Of a DNA stretch of 55,253 bases, positions 18,132 to 28,800 are shown one piece after another (the stretch's first letter is position 1; every line of letters begins with the position of its first letter). Location of the stretch: positions 1 to 55,253 of IMG/VR virus record IMGVR_UViG_3300042923_001283; one strand, 5' to 3'. Made by a program: the position numbers and the translations under genes. Below the pieces are notes generated by a model that searched no databases, was not told where the DNA came from, and saw only the letters and a list, made by a program, of their open reading frames with translations. This DNA comes from a virus (lineage: Duplodnaviria; Caudoviricetes).

Positions 18132-19034
18132 TCACATCCCTAATATTTTGTTTTTAAATCCTCCATCGTCATATTTTCTAGTCATTTCGTAAAACACACT
18201 GATTGGGTTAAGTTGTCTATCTTCATTAATTTCAAACATTGTGTACGTTTGAAGCTTATGATCAATTAAATCTATTGGTTCAACTATGTCCTCTTCGTTC
18301 TCCCTAGCTCTTATTTGAAGTCTTTTCACTTCATCATTATCGATGTATTCCTCCAAAATTTGCCTTGAAAAGTCATCATCGATTTTATCATTCTTTCCCG
18401 ATCTAGAATTGAATGATATTTCAATTGAATCGATTCCTTCTGCGCTTCTTGAAAAAAGCTTTTCTACTAAACCTTCAGCTTTATTTCCAGTTACCTTCAT
18501 GTGTATCTTTCTATAAGCATTTTGGTTAAAAGCCCTCCTCTTGGCTGAATTGTCAGAAACAATTGTTAAATAAAATATACCTTCCTCCCCGGTAGTTTGC
18601 AGTAGTGTACTAACAAACTTTTCGATACCTTGAGGTCCTAATGAGCTCCGGTTGCGTTGAATCATCATTATGTGATTTTCTGAATCATACAACACACTTA
18701 CATCTATACCAATATATTCATCTTCATCCAAATCTAGAGCTTGAGATTCACCATGTAGGGTTGTACGATTGGGAAGCTGATAATCCAGTCTTTCAAAAAT
18801 TAAGTGATAATATTGTGTTTCTGGATCTATAGTAATATCAGCTAACCTTGCAGGTTCATTATTATAAGCGTAAACATGCTTATATTCTTCAACATTACCT
18901 AACTCTCTAGCTCTCTGGTAATTTCTCCTTATAATTTCAAAAAGCGGTTTTAAATTAACAAATACTGTTTGTCCATTCTGTTTTTCGATAGTTGGTCTAA
19001 AAAAGTTAAATCCTACTCTTTTTGCTTTAGCCAT
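18132..19034 (-). CDS. DUF6731-like protein
   Basis: LDLDEDEYIG...VLYD...MMIQRNRSSLG and EPIDLI motifs recalled from this family. Confidence 0.6.
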   Translation of the reverse strand: MAKAKRVGFNFFRPTIEKQNGQTVFVNLKPLFEIIRRNYQRARELGNVEEYKHVYAYNNEPARLADITIDPETQYYHLIFERLDYQLPNRTTLHGESQALDLDEDEYIGIDVSVLYDSENHIMMIQRNRSSLGPQGIEKFVSTLLQTTGEEGIFYLTIVSDNSAKRRAFNQNAYRKIHMKVTGNKAEGLVEKLFSRSAEGIDSIEISFNSRSGKNDKIDDDFSRQILEEYIDNDEVKRLQIRARENEEDIVEPIDLIDHKLQTYTMFEINEDRQLNPISVFYEMTRKYDDGGFKNKILGM

Positions 19035-19319
19035 AGTATCCCCTCCATCTGTTTTAGTTCGACAAATAGAGAGGATTTCCTACTATTTACATTCGTCAAT
19101 TTTCGACACATAATACTATAGGATTCAAAGTGATTACATTATATGTCTCATTATTGACTATAAGAAACAATTTTAGACTATTTTTGTTAATGCTGTCTCA
19201 CTTAAGAACGCCATTCATTTTTCAGAGCATAAATGCTTATAAACCTTTATATATCAACATTTATAAGTACACACAATCAAATAATGGGTAAGAAAAAAGC
19301 CAACAAATAAAATGCTGAC

Positions 19320-19577
19320 TTACTTGTTAGAAGATGACTTGTCCTCGAAAAGAACAGCAAATTCATCCTCAACTGAAGGGGATTGATTGTTAATTTTACT
19401 TAGAAGCTTTCGGATCATTGTTCGTAATTGTTGGGTGTTTGACGATAGGTAACCATCCCCAGGTGCTTTTGATATTTCATAAACACGTCCGCTCTCCAAC
19501 TGATTTAGTTTATTAACGATTTCCAAAATTTCTAAACTATATTTCTTATCAATCCCTAATTTTTCATCATTACCCAT
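19320..19577 (-). CDS. Hypothetical protein downstream of RHH gene
   Basis: MGNDEKLG start after GGAAGGTGA. Confidence 0.65.
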   Translation of the reverse strand: MGNDEKLGIDKKYSLEILEIVNKLNQLESGRVYEISKAPGDGYLSSNTQQLRTMIRKLLSKINNQSPSVEDEFAVLFEDKSSSNK

Positions 19578-19616
19578 TTTTATCACCTTCCATCTTTTTC
19601 TTCCGGTATTCCTCAA

Positions 19617-19754
19617 TCATTTTCTCTTCTCGATAAATTCTTTCAGTTTGATAGTTACTAAGGTTGAGAGTTTAATACCTTTCTTGTTGGCCAAACGATA
19701 AAACTCATTTAAAACGTCCTCTTCTACCGTGATGTTTACTCTGGTTGTTGGCAT
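19617..19754 (-). CDS. Ribbon-helix-helix (CopG-like) regulator, 45 aa
   Basis: MPTTRVNITVEEDVLNEFYRLANKKGIKLSTLV; RBS AGGTGA; upstream palindrome ATACACAT-AA-ATGTGTAT abutting TTGAAA -35. Confidence 0.7.
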   Translation of the reverse strand: MPTTRVNITVEEDVLNEFYRLANKKGIKLSTLVTIKLKEFIEKRK

Positions 19755-19911
19755 ATAACATCACCTACCTTGATGACATTATTACCCATTTATACTTATT
19801 TTTCAATACACATAAATGTGTATAAATACATACTAGTGTTTAACATATGAACGCCTATAGTTCGGTAATTGTTATGATTGATTCTCTCTGGGAAACAGTA
19901 GAGAAATAATA

Positions 19912-20256
19912 TTATTTTTTCTCCTCTCTAACATTCCCCTTGTAATCAGTATGAGGTAATTCATCATATAGTTTCATACTATATTTATCTAATATACTTT
20001 GAAATTCATCACATTCTTCATCAGTGTAATAGGTAACACTAAATCCAACACCTTTACCTACATTTTTCCCGCTATCTTTTACAGAACAATCCACCAACTT
20101 CTCATATGCTTCGTCATATTCTTCCTTCCAAAACTCTTCATTAGAATTTTCATTATAATAATTGATACCCTCATTAATAAGCAATATTAAAACAACCAAA
20201 ATTCCTAAGCAACCAAATCCTCTTGCTGTATCGTTCACTACTTCCATCCCTTTCAA
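19912..20256 (-). CDS. Membrane-anchored hypothetical protein
   Basis: N-terminal TM helix GCLGILVVLILLI. Confidence 0.65.
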   Translation of the reverse strand: MKGMEVVNDTARGFGCLGILVVLILLINEGINYYNENSNEEFWKEEYDEAYEKLVDCSVKDSGKNVGKGVGFSVTYYTDEECDEFQSILDKYSMKLYDELPHTDYKGNVREEKK

Positions 20257-20440
20257 AACTTTTACTGTACAACTAATAAAGTTTAACGCAAAACGTAGGA
20301 ATTTGAATAGAATTTATTGGTGAACTATTTGTTAAAAGACCGCCGTTAGATATACATTTTCGATGTGTATTCACTAAACTACCTCAAAGGTATCATAACC
20401 CCCCTTTATGATTAATATCATATATCGGGAGGTGTTGAGT

Positions 20441-20623
20441 ATGGATTTTAAAGAACAGAAAAGGTTAGCTTATGAATTAGCTAAAATATTAATCCAAAAC
20501 AATTCTGTTAACCCTGTTTCAGATGGAAATAAAAATCTAAAGTTTGAAATTGATGGAGAATTATTTTCATTTCATGATCTTTGCGCTCATTTTTATATTG
20601 AAATCGAAAAGTTTGAACATTAA
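20441..20623 (+). CDS. Small hypothetical protein
   Basis: ATG after GGAGGTG. Confidence 0.6.
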   Translation: MDFKEQKRLAYELAKILIQNNSVNPVSDGNKNLKFEIDGELFSFHDLCAHFYIEIEKFEH

Positions 20624-20785
20624 TTATAAGGCGAAATCGCCGTTCTTTTTGTTTACACCCTTGTGACATGTAGACTAAAAAGGCTTAAAAAATACACCTT
20701 CATCGGTGCTTATCTTTTCGCATATAAACTTGTTTCGGAGCTTTCAGCCCACTCACTGACGAAAAATATAGAATTCTTTTTTTAT

Positions 20786-21058
20786 TTAGTTTGTATTTAG
20801 ATGTTCTTCTATCCATTGCCCATTATCAGGAACTTCTTGAGCTCTTACAAGTGCATCTTGCTTATAACCAAGTGCCCACAAACCCTCGGCTTCGATGTAT
20901 GCCTCAACACCATCTTCTCCCCATTGATCGAGTAAAGATGGCCAATAAGTCACCTCGATGGCATCTTCTCCCCTTTCTGTATCATGCACAGAAAAAAGGA
21001 CTATAGTTTTCAAATTGGGCTCCATGCCCTCCATTAAAACCCCTGTAGTAAATTTCAA
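20786..21058 (-). CDS. Small tail-region protein (possible fibre chaperone)
   Basis: Last gene of the tail operon; TTG start after GGAGG. Confidence 0.65.
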   Translation of the reverse strand: MKFTTGVLMEGMEPNLKTIVLFSVHDTERGEDAIEVTYWPSLLDQWGEDGVEAYIEAEGLWALGYKQDALVRAQEVPDNGQWIEEHLNTN

Positions 21059-21069
21059 AATGATTCCTC

Positions 21070-22404
21070 CTATTCTTCATTTCCAAAGGCTGTGACAGCA
21101 ATATTTCCTGTGACAGCATTATATCCAATGTCCAGCTTGTTATTGGCTGCTGCACTCAAATGACCATTCACCGGGAGATTGATTGGAATTATCCCTTTTG
21201 CTGGAACATAGACAGTCATGATGCTTGTGGTTCCATCCTTGATGTCTAGGACACAATCCACATCCGCTGAAATCAAAAGAGTGTGGAGTCTGAATTTCTT
21301 TGCTGATGCTGGAGTCCAGGCTGTCAAAGTCCCGACCACTCCAGCAGCTGTGACCTTTGCATATTTGGTCAAGTTTGCCAGTCTCTGTCTGTCATAGGAT
21401 GCCCCATTCCACAAATGCTGAATATTGGACACCATGGCTCCTGCTCCGGATGTTGATGATGTGGAGACACCATCTGCAGCCACCACTGCTGATTTGACCA
21501 GTGTTGTAGGCATAGTCATGATGTTGGCAGCAATCCCTTGGCCCGCCACAGTATTTCCTCTCCCAGCTGTGATCTCTGCTGTTAATTCAGCATAGTCCGT
21601 AATGTTGATAAACTGGAATTTGAAATCTGTTGCTGATGCAGGAGCCACCGCTTTATTTCTGGCTTTGATCATAATTTTATAAGTTTTTTCTGGATGCGGG
21701 ATGCTAGAGTGTCTAACTTTTGAATAAGATCTCCCTGCCTCACTGTCCATGGCTCTGGCATGGAACCAAGCCTCATCATTGAAAAGCTCAATTTCATATA
21801 AAGCATATGATGCCATATGAGTAACATTAGTGTCTACAGCTGCAGATGGTAGAGGAGTTGCTCCTCCAGTTTGAACAGTATACACTGCATAGTCTCCAGT
21901 GACTGAATCGTCGCCAGAAATTCTCCATGATGCCACATCCAAATTGTCTGGGACTCCTGTCACCGGATCCACAGAAACAAATGCAAAGATAAATTCTTGA
22001 TTGACAATTTTTTGAGATAACTGGAAAGCAAATAGTCCTCTGACTGGGATCAGGAAAGTCTCTTTGGAAAGGAGGACAGTTTCCTCAAGCGGAGTCACTC
22101 CCGCATTTATCTTTAATTCACTATTAGACACAACTATAGTCTGGCCTGCGCCTTGTCTCACTACTTCCCACTTATCTGTATTGAGTGCGGATCCGATAAA
22201 ATCAGTTTTCCATTTCTTTTGCAGAGATTTAACTTTGAACATATCATCATCGACATCATATGCAATATTACTGCCAGCTAATGTGACATTGGCAGCTCCA
22301 TTGGAACCTTCCCAAACCTCGTATTGATCCGATGTCTTATTAAAATATTGAGGGGCTACTAACCCTCCTAAAGCACGTAATAACCCTTTTGTATCGACTG
22401 GCAT
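21070..22404 (-). CDS. Tail fibre/receptor-binding-like protein
   Basis: Beta-rich, distal position in the tail operon. Confidence 0.6.
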   Translation of the reverse strand: MPVDTKGLLRALGGLVAPQYFNKTSDQYEVWEGSNGAANVTLAGSNIAYDVDDDMFKVKSLQKKWKTDFIGSALNTDKWEVVRQGAGQTIVVSNSELKINAGVTPLEETVLLSKETFLIPVRGLFAFQLSQKIVNQEFIFAFVSVDPVTGVPDNLDVASWRISGDDSVTGDYAVYTVQTGGATPLPSAAVDTNVTHMASYALYEIELFNDEAWFHARAMDSEAGRSYSKVRHSSIPHPEKTYKIMIKARNKAVAPASATDFKFQFINITDYAELTAEITAGRGNTVAGQGIAANIMTMPTTLVKSAVVAADGVSTSSTSGAGAMVSNIQHLWNGASYDRQRLANLTKYAKVTAAGVVGTLTAWTPASAKKFRLHTLLISADVDCVLDIKDGTTSIMTVYVPAKGIIPINLPVNGHLSAAANNKLDIGYNAVTGNIAVTAFGNEE

Positions 22405-22427
22405 GTTTAACCCTCTCCTCTCCCAGA

Positions 22428-22658
22428 TTAAATGATTTTTCCTATAATAACACCTTTAACAATCATCACTCTGTCATTGGCAACAGGTGAATAACCGGCT
22501 AAACGTGGTAAAGGTTTACTCAATACACCAGTAGAAATATCCACATCATATATAACAGAAGGTCGACCACTGGAATAATTAGGGTCGACCTTCGCAAACT
22601 TAATTTCATTAGGCAATTCTTTGGGTTTAAAGGTGGAAACAAAATCAAATACATTCAC
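22428..22658 (-). CDS. Small tail tip protein
   Basis: YSPVANDRVMI motif, coupled to the upstream gene. Confidence 0.7.
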   Translation of the reverse strand: MNVFDFVSTFKPKELPNEIKFAKVDPNYSSGRPSVIYDVDISTGVLSKPLPRLAGYSPVANDRVMIVKGVIIGKII

Positions 22659-23758
22659 ACAGAAACCACCCTTCGTACTTCGTGTTTCATTCTCCCTCCG
22701 ATTGATAGGGGCATTGTCCAGGAAGTTTCACTATACTTTCCCTTAATTCCTAATGGAGAATAATCTATTTCAAGAACATCAGCATAATCATGCATGGGCA
22801 TAAGAGCTGTTTCGAAAGTAACCTTTCCGTATACCTGGCTTGCTTCAAAAGCAATTCTTTGAACGTAGCCATCAAGTGCTTGTTGATCTGCAATATCCGA
22901 TACCTCTCTAAAGTCCACAATGTTCCTCCCTCTACTAATAGTAGAAGTTGGGCTCGTTGGGTTATCGTTGGTGTATACCGAGTACAATGGCTCAGCTTCG
23001 GCATTAGAACATACAACCACCCATTTATTTGGGATGGAAAATAGATCAAGTTCTTCCTCCATGCCTCGAAAGGTTACTGATAGCTCATCATCTTTGTAAG
23101 TGTAATCTATCGATTGAATTGCCGGGCTACGGTAAGTAGAAGACGTATAAACACCGTTTACGTCTACGTGTAAAGGAGTGAAATTTAATTGGCCAAGTAA
23201 ATCATTTATGGCATACAATTTTTCTTTTCCTGCCTTATACTCAATACTCCTGGTTAACATTTTATCCGTAAATTCAATATTGTACTGAGTGATACCTGCG
23301 CTCAGTAATATATCGATAAGTGCATCGTAATAAGATGTACCTTCTTGAATGACATACCGCTGTTCGAATTTATCATTGGTTAAGACTAGCAAACCATCGA
23401 AGGCATCAATGTCTCTTTCAGGTTTACCTGTTTTGTCTTTTCGTGTAGGAGTAGATAACAAGAATACTCCCTGCGGAAATTCCACCCATTTATTTTGAAC
23501 CCACAATTTTACATAAGGCTTAATGCGATCGTTTAAATAATCAATGTCACCATAGTCAACAAGAGAAAATTTAGCCGTTCTTTTAATGGTTGCTAATGCA
23601 TTGTGAGATATCTCTCCGCTTTTTACAGTTTGCAAATCTCCGATTCTTTGAAGGTTCTTGTTTAATAGTTCATATCGAAAAGATAAACGTATATGAGGGC
23701 TATGAAGAGCTTTCATTACAGACTCTGTTGATATTCCATCACGATTTAATGGCTGCAT
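22655..23758 (-). CDS. Tail tip/baseplate hub-like protein
   Basis: Position after the Dit-like gene; IKRTAKF and GVFLLSTP motifs common in siphophage tail proteins. Confidence 0.7.
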   Translation of the reverse strand: MQPLNRDGISTESVMKALHSPHIRLSFRYELLNKNLQRIGDLQTVKSGEISHNALATIKRTAKFSLVDYGDIDYLNDRIKPYVKLWVQNKWVEFPQGVFLLSTPTRKDKTGKPERDIDAFDGLLVLTNDKFEQRYVIQEGTSYYDALIDILLSAGITQYNIEFTDKMLTRSIEYKAGKEKLYAINDLLGQLNFTPLHVDVNGVYTSSTYRSPAIQSIDYTYKDDELSVTFRGMEEELDLFSIPNKWVVVCSNAEAEPLYSVYTNDNPTSPTSTISRGRNIVDFREVSDIADQQALDGYVQRIAFEASQVYGKVTFETALMPMHDYADVLEIDYSPLGIKGKYSETSWTMPLSIGGRMKHEVRRVVSV

Positions 23759-23760
23759 GG

Positions 23761-25836
23761 CTAGATACCTTCCCTAAAATCAATTTGCATAAGAGATAAT
23801 TTTGTTGAATAACTCTTTGCTATTTCATCAGAAAGTGGCGCGTCCACAAATACACCGAATACTTTTCGTCCTCTGCCATCCCTGTAACATACAGTCTGTT
23901 GGCTATATACGATTTCTTCAAGCGCTGTTCTTTCGGCATCATTTAGTATTTTCAATGAAAAGTCCACAGTAAATAGTTCCATTTCTCCTGTAACAATCAC
24001 AGGTCGTTTTCTACCTTGAAAATGATGAACAGCATTTTCTAATTCCCATTTAGAAGTACGTCCACCACCATCAAATTTGAATTGATGGATAGAGTCCTGC
24101 GGGCTGTCCACTATATGGAGCCAAACTCCTTTGAAATCAATAGCTTCAGAGATTATGAGGGTATCCCTAAATGTACTGTTAGTCCCTATGGCTCGAACAA
24201 AATAGCGAGTTGTTTCCCCACTTTTCACCTGGTAATCTTTGAAATTGCTCATTACATTTGTAGCCACTAACACAAATAATCCTTCGATATCTTTATAGAC
24301 TTCATGATAGAGCACACTAGGTTGTGAACCAGATGGAGTTGGATCTTGAATATTAATTTGAATATAGGCGTCTCCCTTAACCGTTCCAACATTAGGGACA
24401 GCTGGCGGTATAAAAGACATGCTAATATCAACATTGGCAAAACTGCTCCACAATCCTGTGTTTTTAACGGCAACCTGAATTTTATAAGAGGTTAGATTGT
24501 TTAAATTCGTTCCAATTGTTACCGCCTTATTGGTGCTCGTCTTTACTTCTTCCCAGATAATTGTTGTACCAGCAGCATTTAAAACTTTAACATGATAATC
24601 AGTTTGACTTGGAGCGCTCCACTGTACATTCGGCCTAGCAATGGATACAGTAGCGCCATTTGTTGGGCTTGTGATAATTGGTAATCCTGGCGTTTCTCCG
24701 ACATTTACAACAGCAATAGTTGAGTATGGGCTGACCAATCCGCCTTGATCGTACGTCCTAACGCGCCACTCGATAGTTCCGACTGGTAGGGTATTGGCAG
24801 GCATATCATAATAACTATTGGTCGTTGTTTGGGTAACCGTGTTCCATGTTGAATTACCCTGAATTCGCCAATCTAAATTGAACTTACTTTGCGGATCTGT
24901 GCCGTTGGGATCGTTATGTTGCCATGAAAAACGTTGACCAACATTTCTACTAATCGCACTACTGGATGGACTTAAATTGGTCGGAGATGTTGGGGCTGTA
25001 CTATGGCTAACTGAAAAAACCCCATTACTTTCATCCCATGAACCATAATTTAAACCGTCATATGCCCGTATTCGTATTTTGGCCGTGCTTGTTTCAGGTT
25101 CATTTGTAAAATCATAGGTGTATGAAGTTACACCAACATTAGTAAGGACAACTACATCTTTCCAAGTTGAACCATTATTCGTACTTAATTGGATGTGGTA
25201 TTTTAACAAGCTTTGAACGGTTTCAGCATCTGTCGCTGGACTCCAAGTAATGGAGTAGTTTTTATCTACCGTTTCGCCGCCATTTGGTGCCGTAACAACC
25301 GGCATGCTAGGATTATCGTCATAAACAACATTTAATACAGGTTTTCTTGAATCCGCGCTCTCTTTTGAATAGAATGAGTAATAAGCTCCGCTATTAACAA
25401 AGTTCATCATTTGTAGAGCTATCCCATGGAACGTATTACCTGCTGCAAAAAACTCTAATAGCTTCTTAATATCGAATGAAAACCAAGTTTGAGAGACGTT
25501 TCCGGGATTTAAATATGAGCCTGGATTTAATAAATCCACAGTTGGTTTATTTGACCATGTGGTGTTATTGTCCCAAGTGCTCTTGATAGGAACTGCTGCC
25601 AGACTTACCCCGCCGCTATACCATGTGGAATAACAATAGACGTCTAGAGTTGCGCTAATAATCTTTTTCCCTAGCAACGCATTGAGTTGAGTTCGGTCAA
25701 AATCAATTAAGGCATTATAATTATTTACTCCGTCGTAACCAGTAATCATTTGTCCGACAGATCCATAACTATTGCCTGGAAGACCTTGATTGACATAGGT
25801 ATCTTTCAAAATGCTTGTTATTTGTATAGTAGGCAT
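23761..25836 (-). CDS. Minor tail protein: DNRLRE/CBM-like N-terminal domain, fibronectin-like repeats, distal-tail-like C-terminus
   Basis: DTYVNQG...IISATL...TTWSNKP...SKES..KPVL; FN3-like WRVRTYD; directly after the TMP. Confidence 0.7.
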   Translation of the reverse strand: MPTIQITSILKDTYVNQGLPGNSYGSVGQMITGYDGVNNYNALIDFDRTQLNALLGKKIISATLDVYCYSTWYSGGVSLAAVPIKSTWDNNTTWSNKPTVDLLNPGSYLNPGNVSQTWFSFDIKKLLEFFAAGNTFHGIALQMMNFVNSGAYYSFYSKESADSRKPVLNVVYDDNPSMPVVTAPNGGETVDKNYSITWSPATDAETVQSLLKYHIQLSTNNGSTWKDVVVLTNVGVTSYTYDFTNEPETSTAKIRIRAYDGLNYGSWDESNGVFSVSHSTAPTSPTNLSPSSSAISRNVGQRFSWQHNDPNGTDPQSKFNLDWRIQGNSTWNTVTQTTTNSYYDMPANTLPVGTIEWRVRTYDQGGLVSPYSTIAVVNVGETPGLPIITSPTNGATVSIARPNVQWSAPSQTDYHVKVLNAAGTTIIWEEVKTSTNKAVTIGTNLNNLTSYKIQVAVKNTGLWSSFANVDISMSFIPPAVPNVGTVKGDAYIQINIQDPTPSGSQPSVLYHEVYKDIEGLFVLVATNVMSNFKDYQVKSGETTRYFVRAIGTNSTFRDTLIISEAIDFKGVWLHIVDSPQDSIHQFKFDGGGRTSKWELENAVHHFQGRKRPVIVTGEMELFTVDFSLKILNDAERTALEEIVYSQQTVCYRDGRGRKVFGVFVDAPLSDEIAKSYSTKLSLMQIDFREGI

Positions 25837-28800
25837 TATTTAATCACTCCCGCTTTCGCAGTTTGTGACAGGCGATCAAAGAAATCTACCACGCTGTTTA
25901 ACTCACTTAAATCACTAACAGGTATCGTAACGGCACCTGGCTGAACATAAACATTTGACGTATTGGATGATTGATTTGTAATCTGCCCATTTCCTAAACG
26001 TGGTGGAAGTCTTCTACCAATTTCATCATTCAGACCACTAAATGGTAGGTGGATGGATAAAGACTCTTGAATCGTTTTCGAAATGGCTTCCGCAATTTTA
26101 TTCGCCTCATCCACAATCGGCCCAATCATTGAGCTCATTCCGTCTAATAAACCTTGGATAGAGTTCTTCCCTATTAGGGTTAAAGTGTCTCTCATGTCCA
26201 ATTTATCGGAAATTCCTGTTCGGATTTCTTGAATTTTTACAAGCCATTCATTTTTATATATTTCTAAATCGTTTTGAGTTTGAATTCTTAATTCACTAAT
26301 TTTCTTAGTGGTATCAAGCTTCAAGCCCTCAAGTTCTTTTTCTGCTTCCGAACGCGCTAATGCATTCTTTTCTTTCCAGAGGTTAGCGTACTGTTGAAGT
26401 TCACTGTCAGCCAGTGAATTCAATGCAGCAATCTCAGCAGCTGCACTTGGTCCCATTGCTTTAAGCTCAGAAATCAGACCCTCGTCAATCCCTTTAGCCG
26501 CTAAAGCTTTAATGTTAGTAGACCATTCAGAAAAAGTATCAACCTGGGATTTTAGATTTTCGATTAATTTGGAGCCGGAAATATCGCTTTTTTTAGTTAC
26601 TTCATCAAAAATCCCCGTAAAGCTATAAAGAGATTTTGTTCTATCCTCTACTGCTTTAGTGTATTCACCCGTTAAGCGTTTTTCCTCATCGAATAATCGC
26701 TGGTTTGTTTCTGAAATTTTATTAGCGTACTGTTCGTTGATCGAAGTTAATTGGTCGTTGATTTCCTTTTTTACTCGATAAATTTCACGCTCATAATATT
26801 CTCTTTCTTCCGTTCCCTCACGATATCTCTTGGCGTAAAGTTCTAGCATCTCTAGTTCTTTAGTTAATGAAAGCTTATTATAAAACTTTCTTTCATCCAC
26901 TAAATGTTTTTCGAAATCGAAAGCAGATTCAAAAGCTTGCTTGGTTCCTATAGCCACTTTTTTCACCGCGTTAACTACTTTCTGGCTGTTCTGTTCAATA
27001 CCTAGAGCTAAACCATCGACAGCGTATTCACCTATTTGGAAAGTTGCTTTCGAAGGAGAATGGATATCTAACACTTTTCTGAGGGTGTTTTTTATACCTT
27101 CACCGACTGACTTTACCTTTTCAGTTACTTTGTCAATCATCGCGGTGACGCCATCGATAAGTCCATGGATTATGTCTTTACCAATCTGCTTTAAATCAAT
27201 AGATATTAAAAATTTCTTTGCTTTTTCCCATATTTCTTCAATCTTATTTTTAGCTGCTGACATCTTTTCCTCGATAGCTTTTTTCATATTTTCGAGGCCA
27301 TCACTTACACTTGTTTTAATATTTTCAAGTGTGGTAGTGAAAAAGGTTTTAATACCTTCCCAGATATCCGAAATTGATTTCTTCACAGCATTAAATACAT
27401 TAATAGCATTTGATTTTATATTTTCCCATGCCCCGCCTACAAAACCTTTAATCGCCTCCACTGCACCTGAAAAAATCTTTTTAATTCCTTCCCAAATGTC
27501 AGATAGGGCTTTTTTAATATTTTCAAAGATGGCCTTAGAGTCTTCCTTCAATCCCTCGAAGTCTCCAGTAACGAGATCCACGATGAGAAGTACAGCACCT
27601 AAGAATATATTCTTTATTAAATTCCACACGCCCTCAAAATATTGCTTGTACCCATCGAATATTTTTCCAAGTCCATCTTTCATTTCGTTAAAAATATTCA
27701 TTGCGCCATTAACAAATGGCGTGATAATCGCAGTAACTTTCTTTACAATGCTATTCCAAATATTAGTAGCTGTTTGTTTAATAGACTCCCAGGTTTGTGA
27801 AGATAAAGATTTGATCTTATCCCAAGTTGCAGTAAAGAACTGTTTTATGGACTCTAGAGTAGAACTAAACCATTCCTTCAAAGCTCCCCATATTTCAATG
27901 GAATTTCCTTTAATGGCGTCCCAGTTCTTCCAGATTGCTACTCCTGCCGCTATAAGGGCGACTATAGCTGCAATTATTAGTCCAATCGGACCTGTGATTA
28001 CTGTAAGTGCCGCACCAAGTGTCGGTAATATGCCAACTAAAGCCCCGAATCCTGCAATGGCTCCTCCTACTACAGCTAAAATAACTCCAATAGCCGTTAC
28101 AAGCCCTAAGAACGCTGTTACAACAACTGCTCCAATTGCAATAAATTTCTGCATGCCTGGTGATAAATTATTAAACCAATTCACTAATCCCTGAAAACCC
28201 GCAACCATCTTATCCATTAAAGGTAGTAAGGCGTTCCCTAATGAAATCAGCCCTGTTTCAAAAGAACCTTTCAGCTCTTCTATATTACCTTTCAGGTTGT
28301 TCATTTTCTCCGCTGCTACATCAGCGGCTTTAATCTTGTCCATTTGAGATGCCATGTAATTGACACCATCAGCACCTTCTTTGAAAAGGATATTAGCAGC
28401 TCGAATGGCATCAGACCCAAACATTGTTTCCATCGTAGCTAAACGCTGAGCATCCGTCATCCCCTTCATGGATTCTTGAAGTAAACCAGAAATTTCATTT
28501 AGGTCTTTAATGGATCCACTGGCATCAAAAAAAGCTGATTGTATTACTCCAGTTTCTCCCGAAAGTTCTCTAAATGCTTTTTCTGCTTTTGCGGTACCTG
28601 GTTTAACCCCTTCTATTTCAGCTGCTAAAGCCCTTAATTGAGAGTCAACAGTATCAAAGTCATTACCTAAAGGAGTAACCCCATTCTTCCTTAAAACATC
28701 CATACCTTTTTGTACATCGTAAGTCATTAAACCTAAGTCCATAAAAGCATCGTATTGGGCATCTGTTGCGGGTTGTAGATTCATCAACATCGTTTTCAAA

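Noticed and set aside
20368-20400. TTCACTAAACTACCTC as another cassette site inside the phage
   Set aside because: Only a left-arm resemblance; no right arm
26941-28194. 417-aa + strand ORF and other antisense ORFs over structural genes
   Set aside because: Shadow frames of the tape measure and other real genes; no RBS or recognisable motifs
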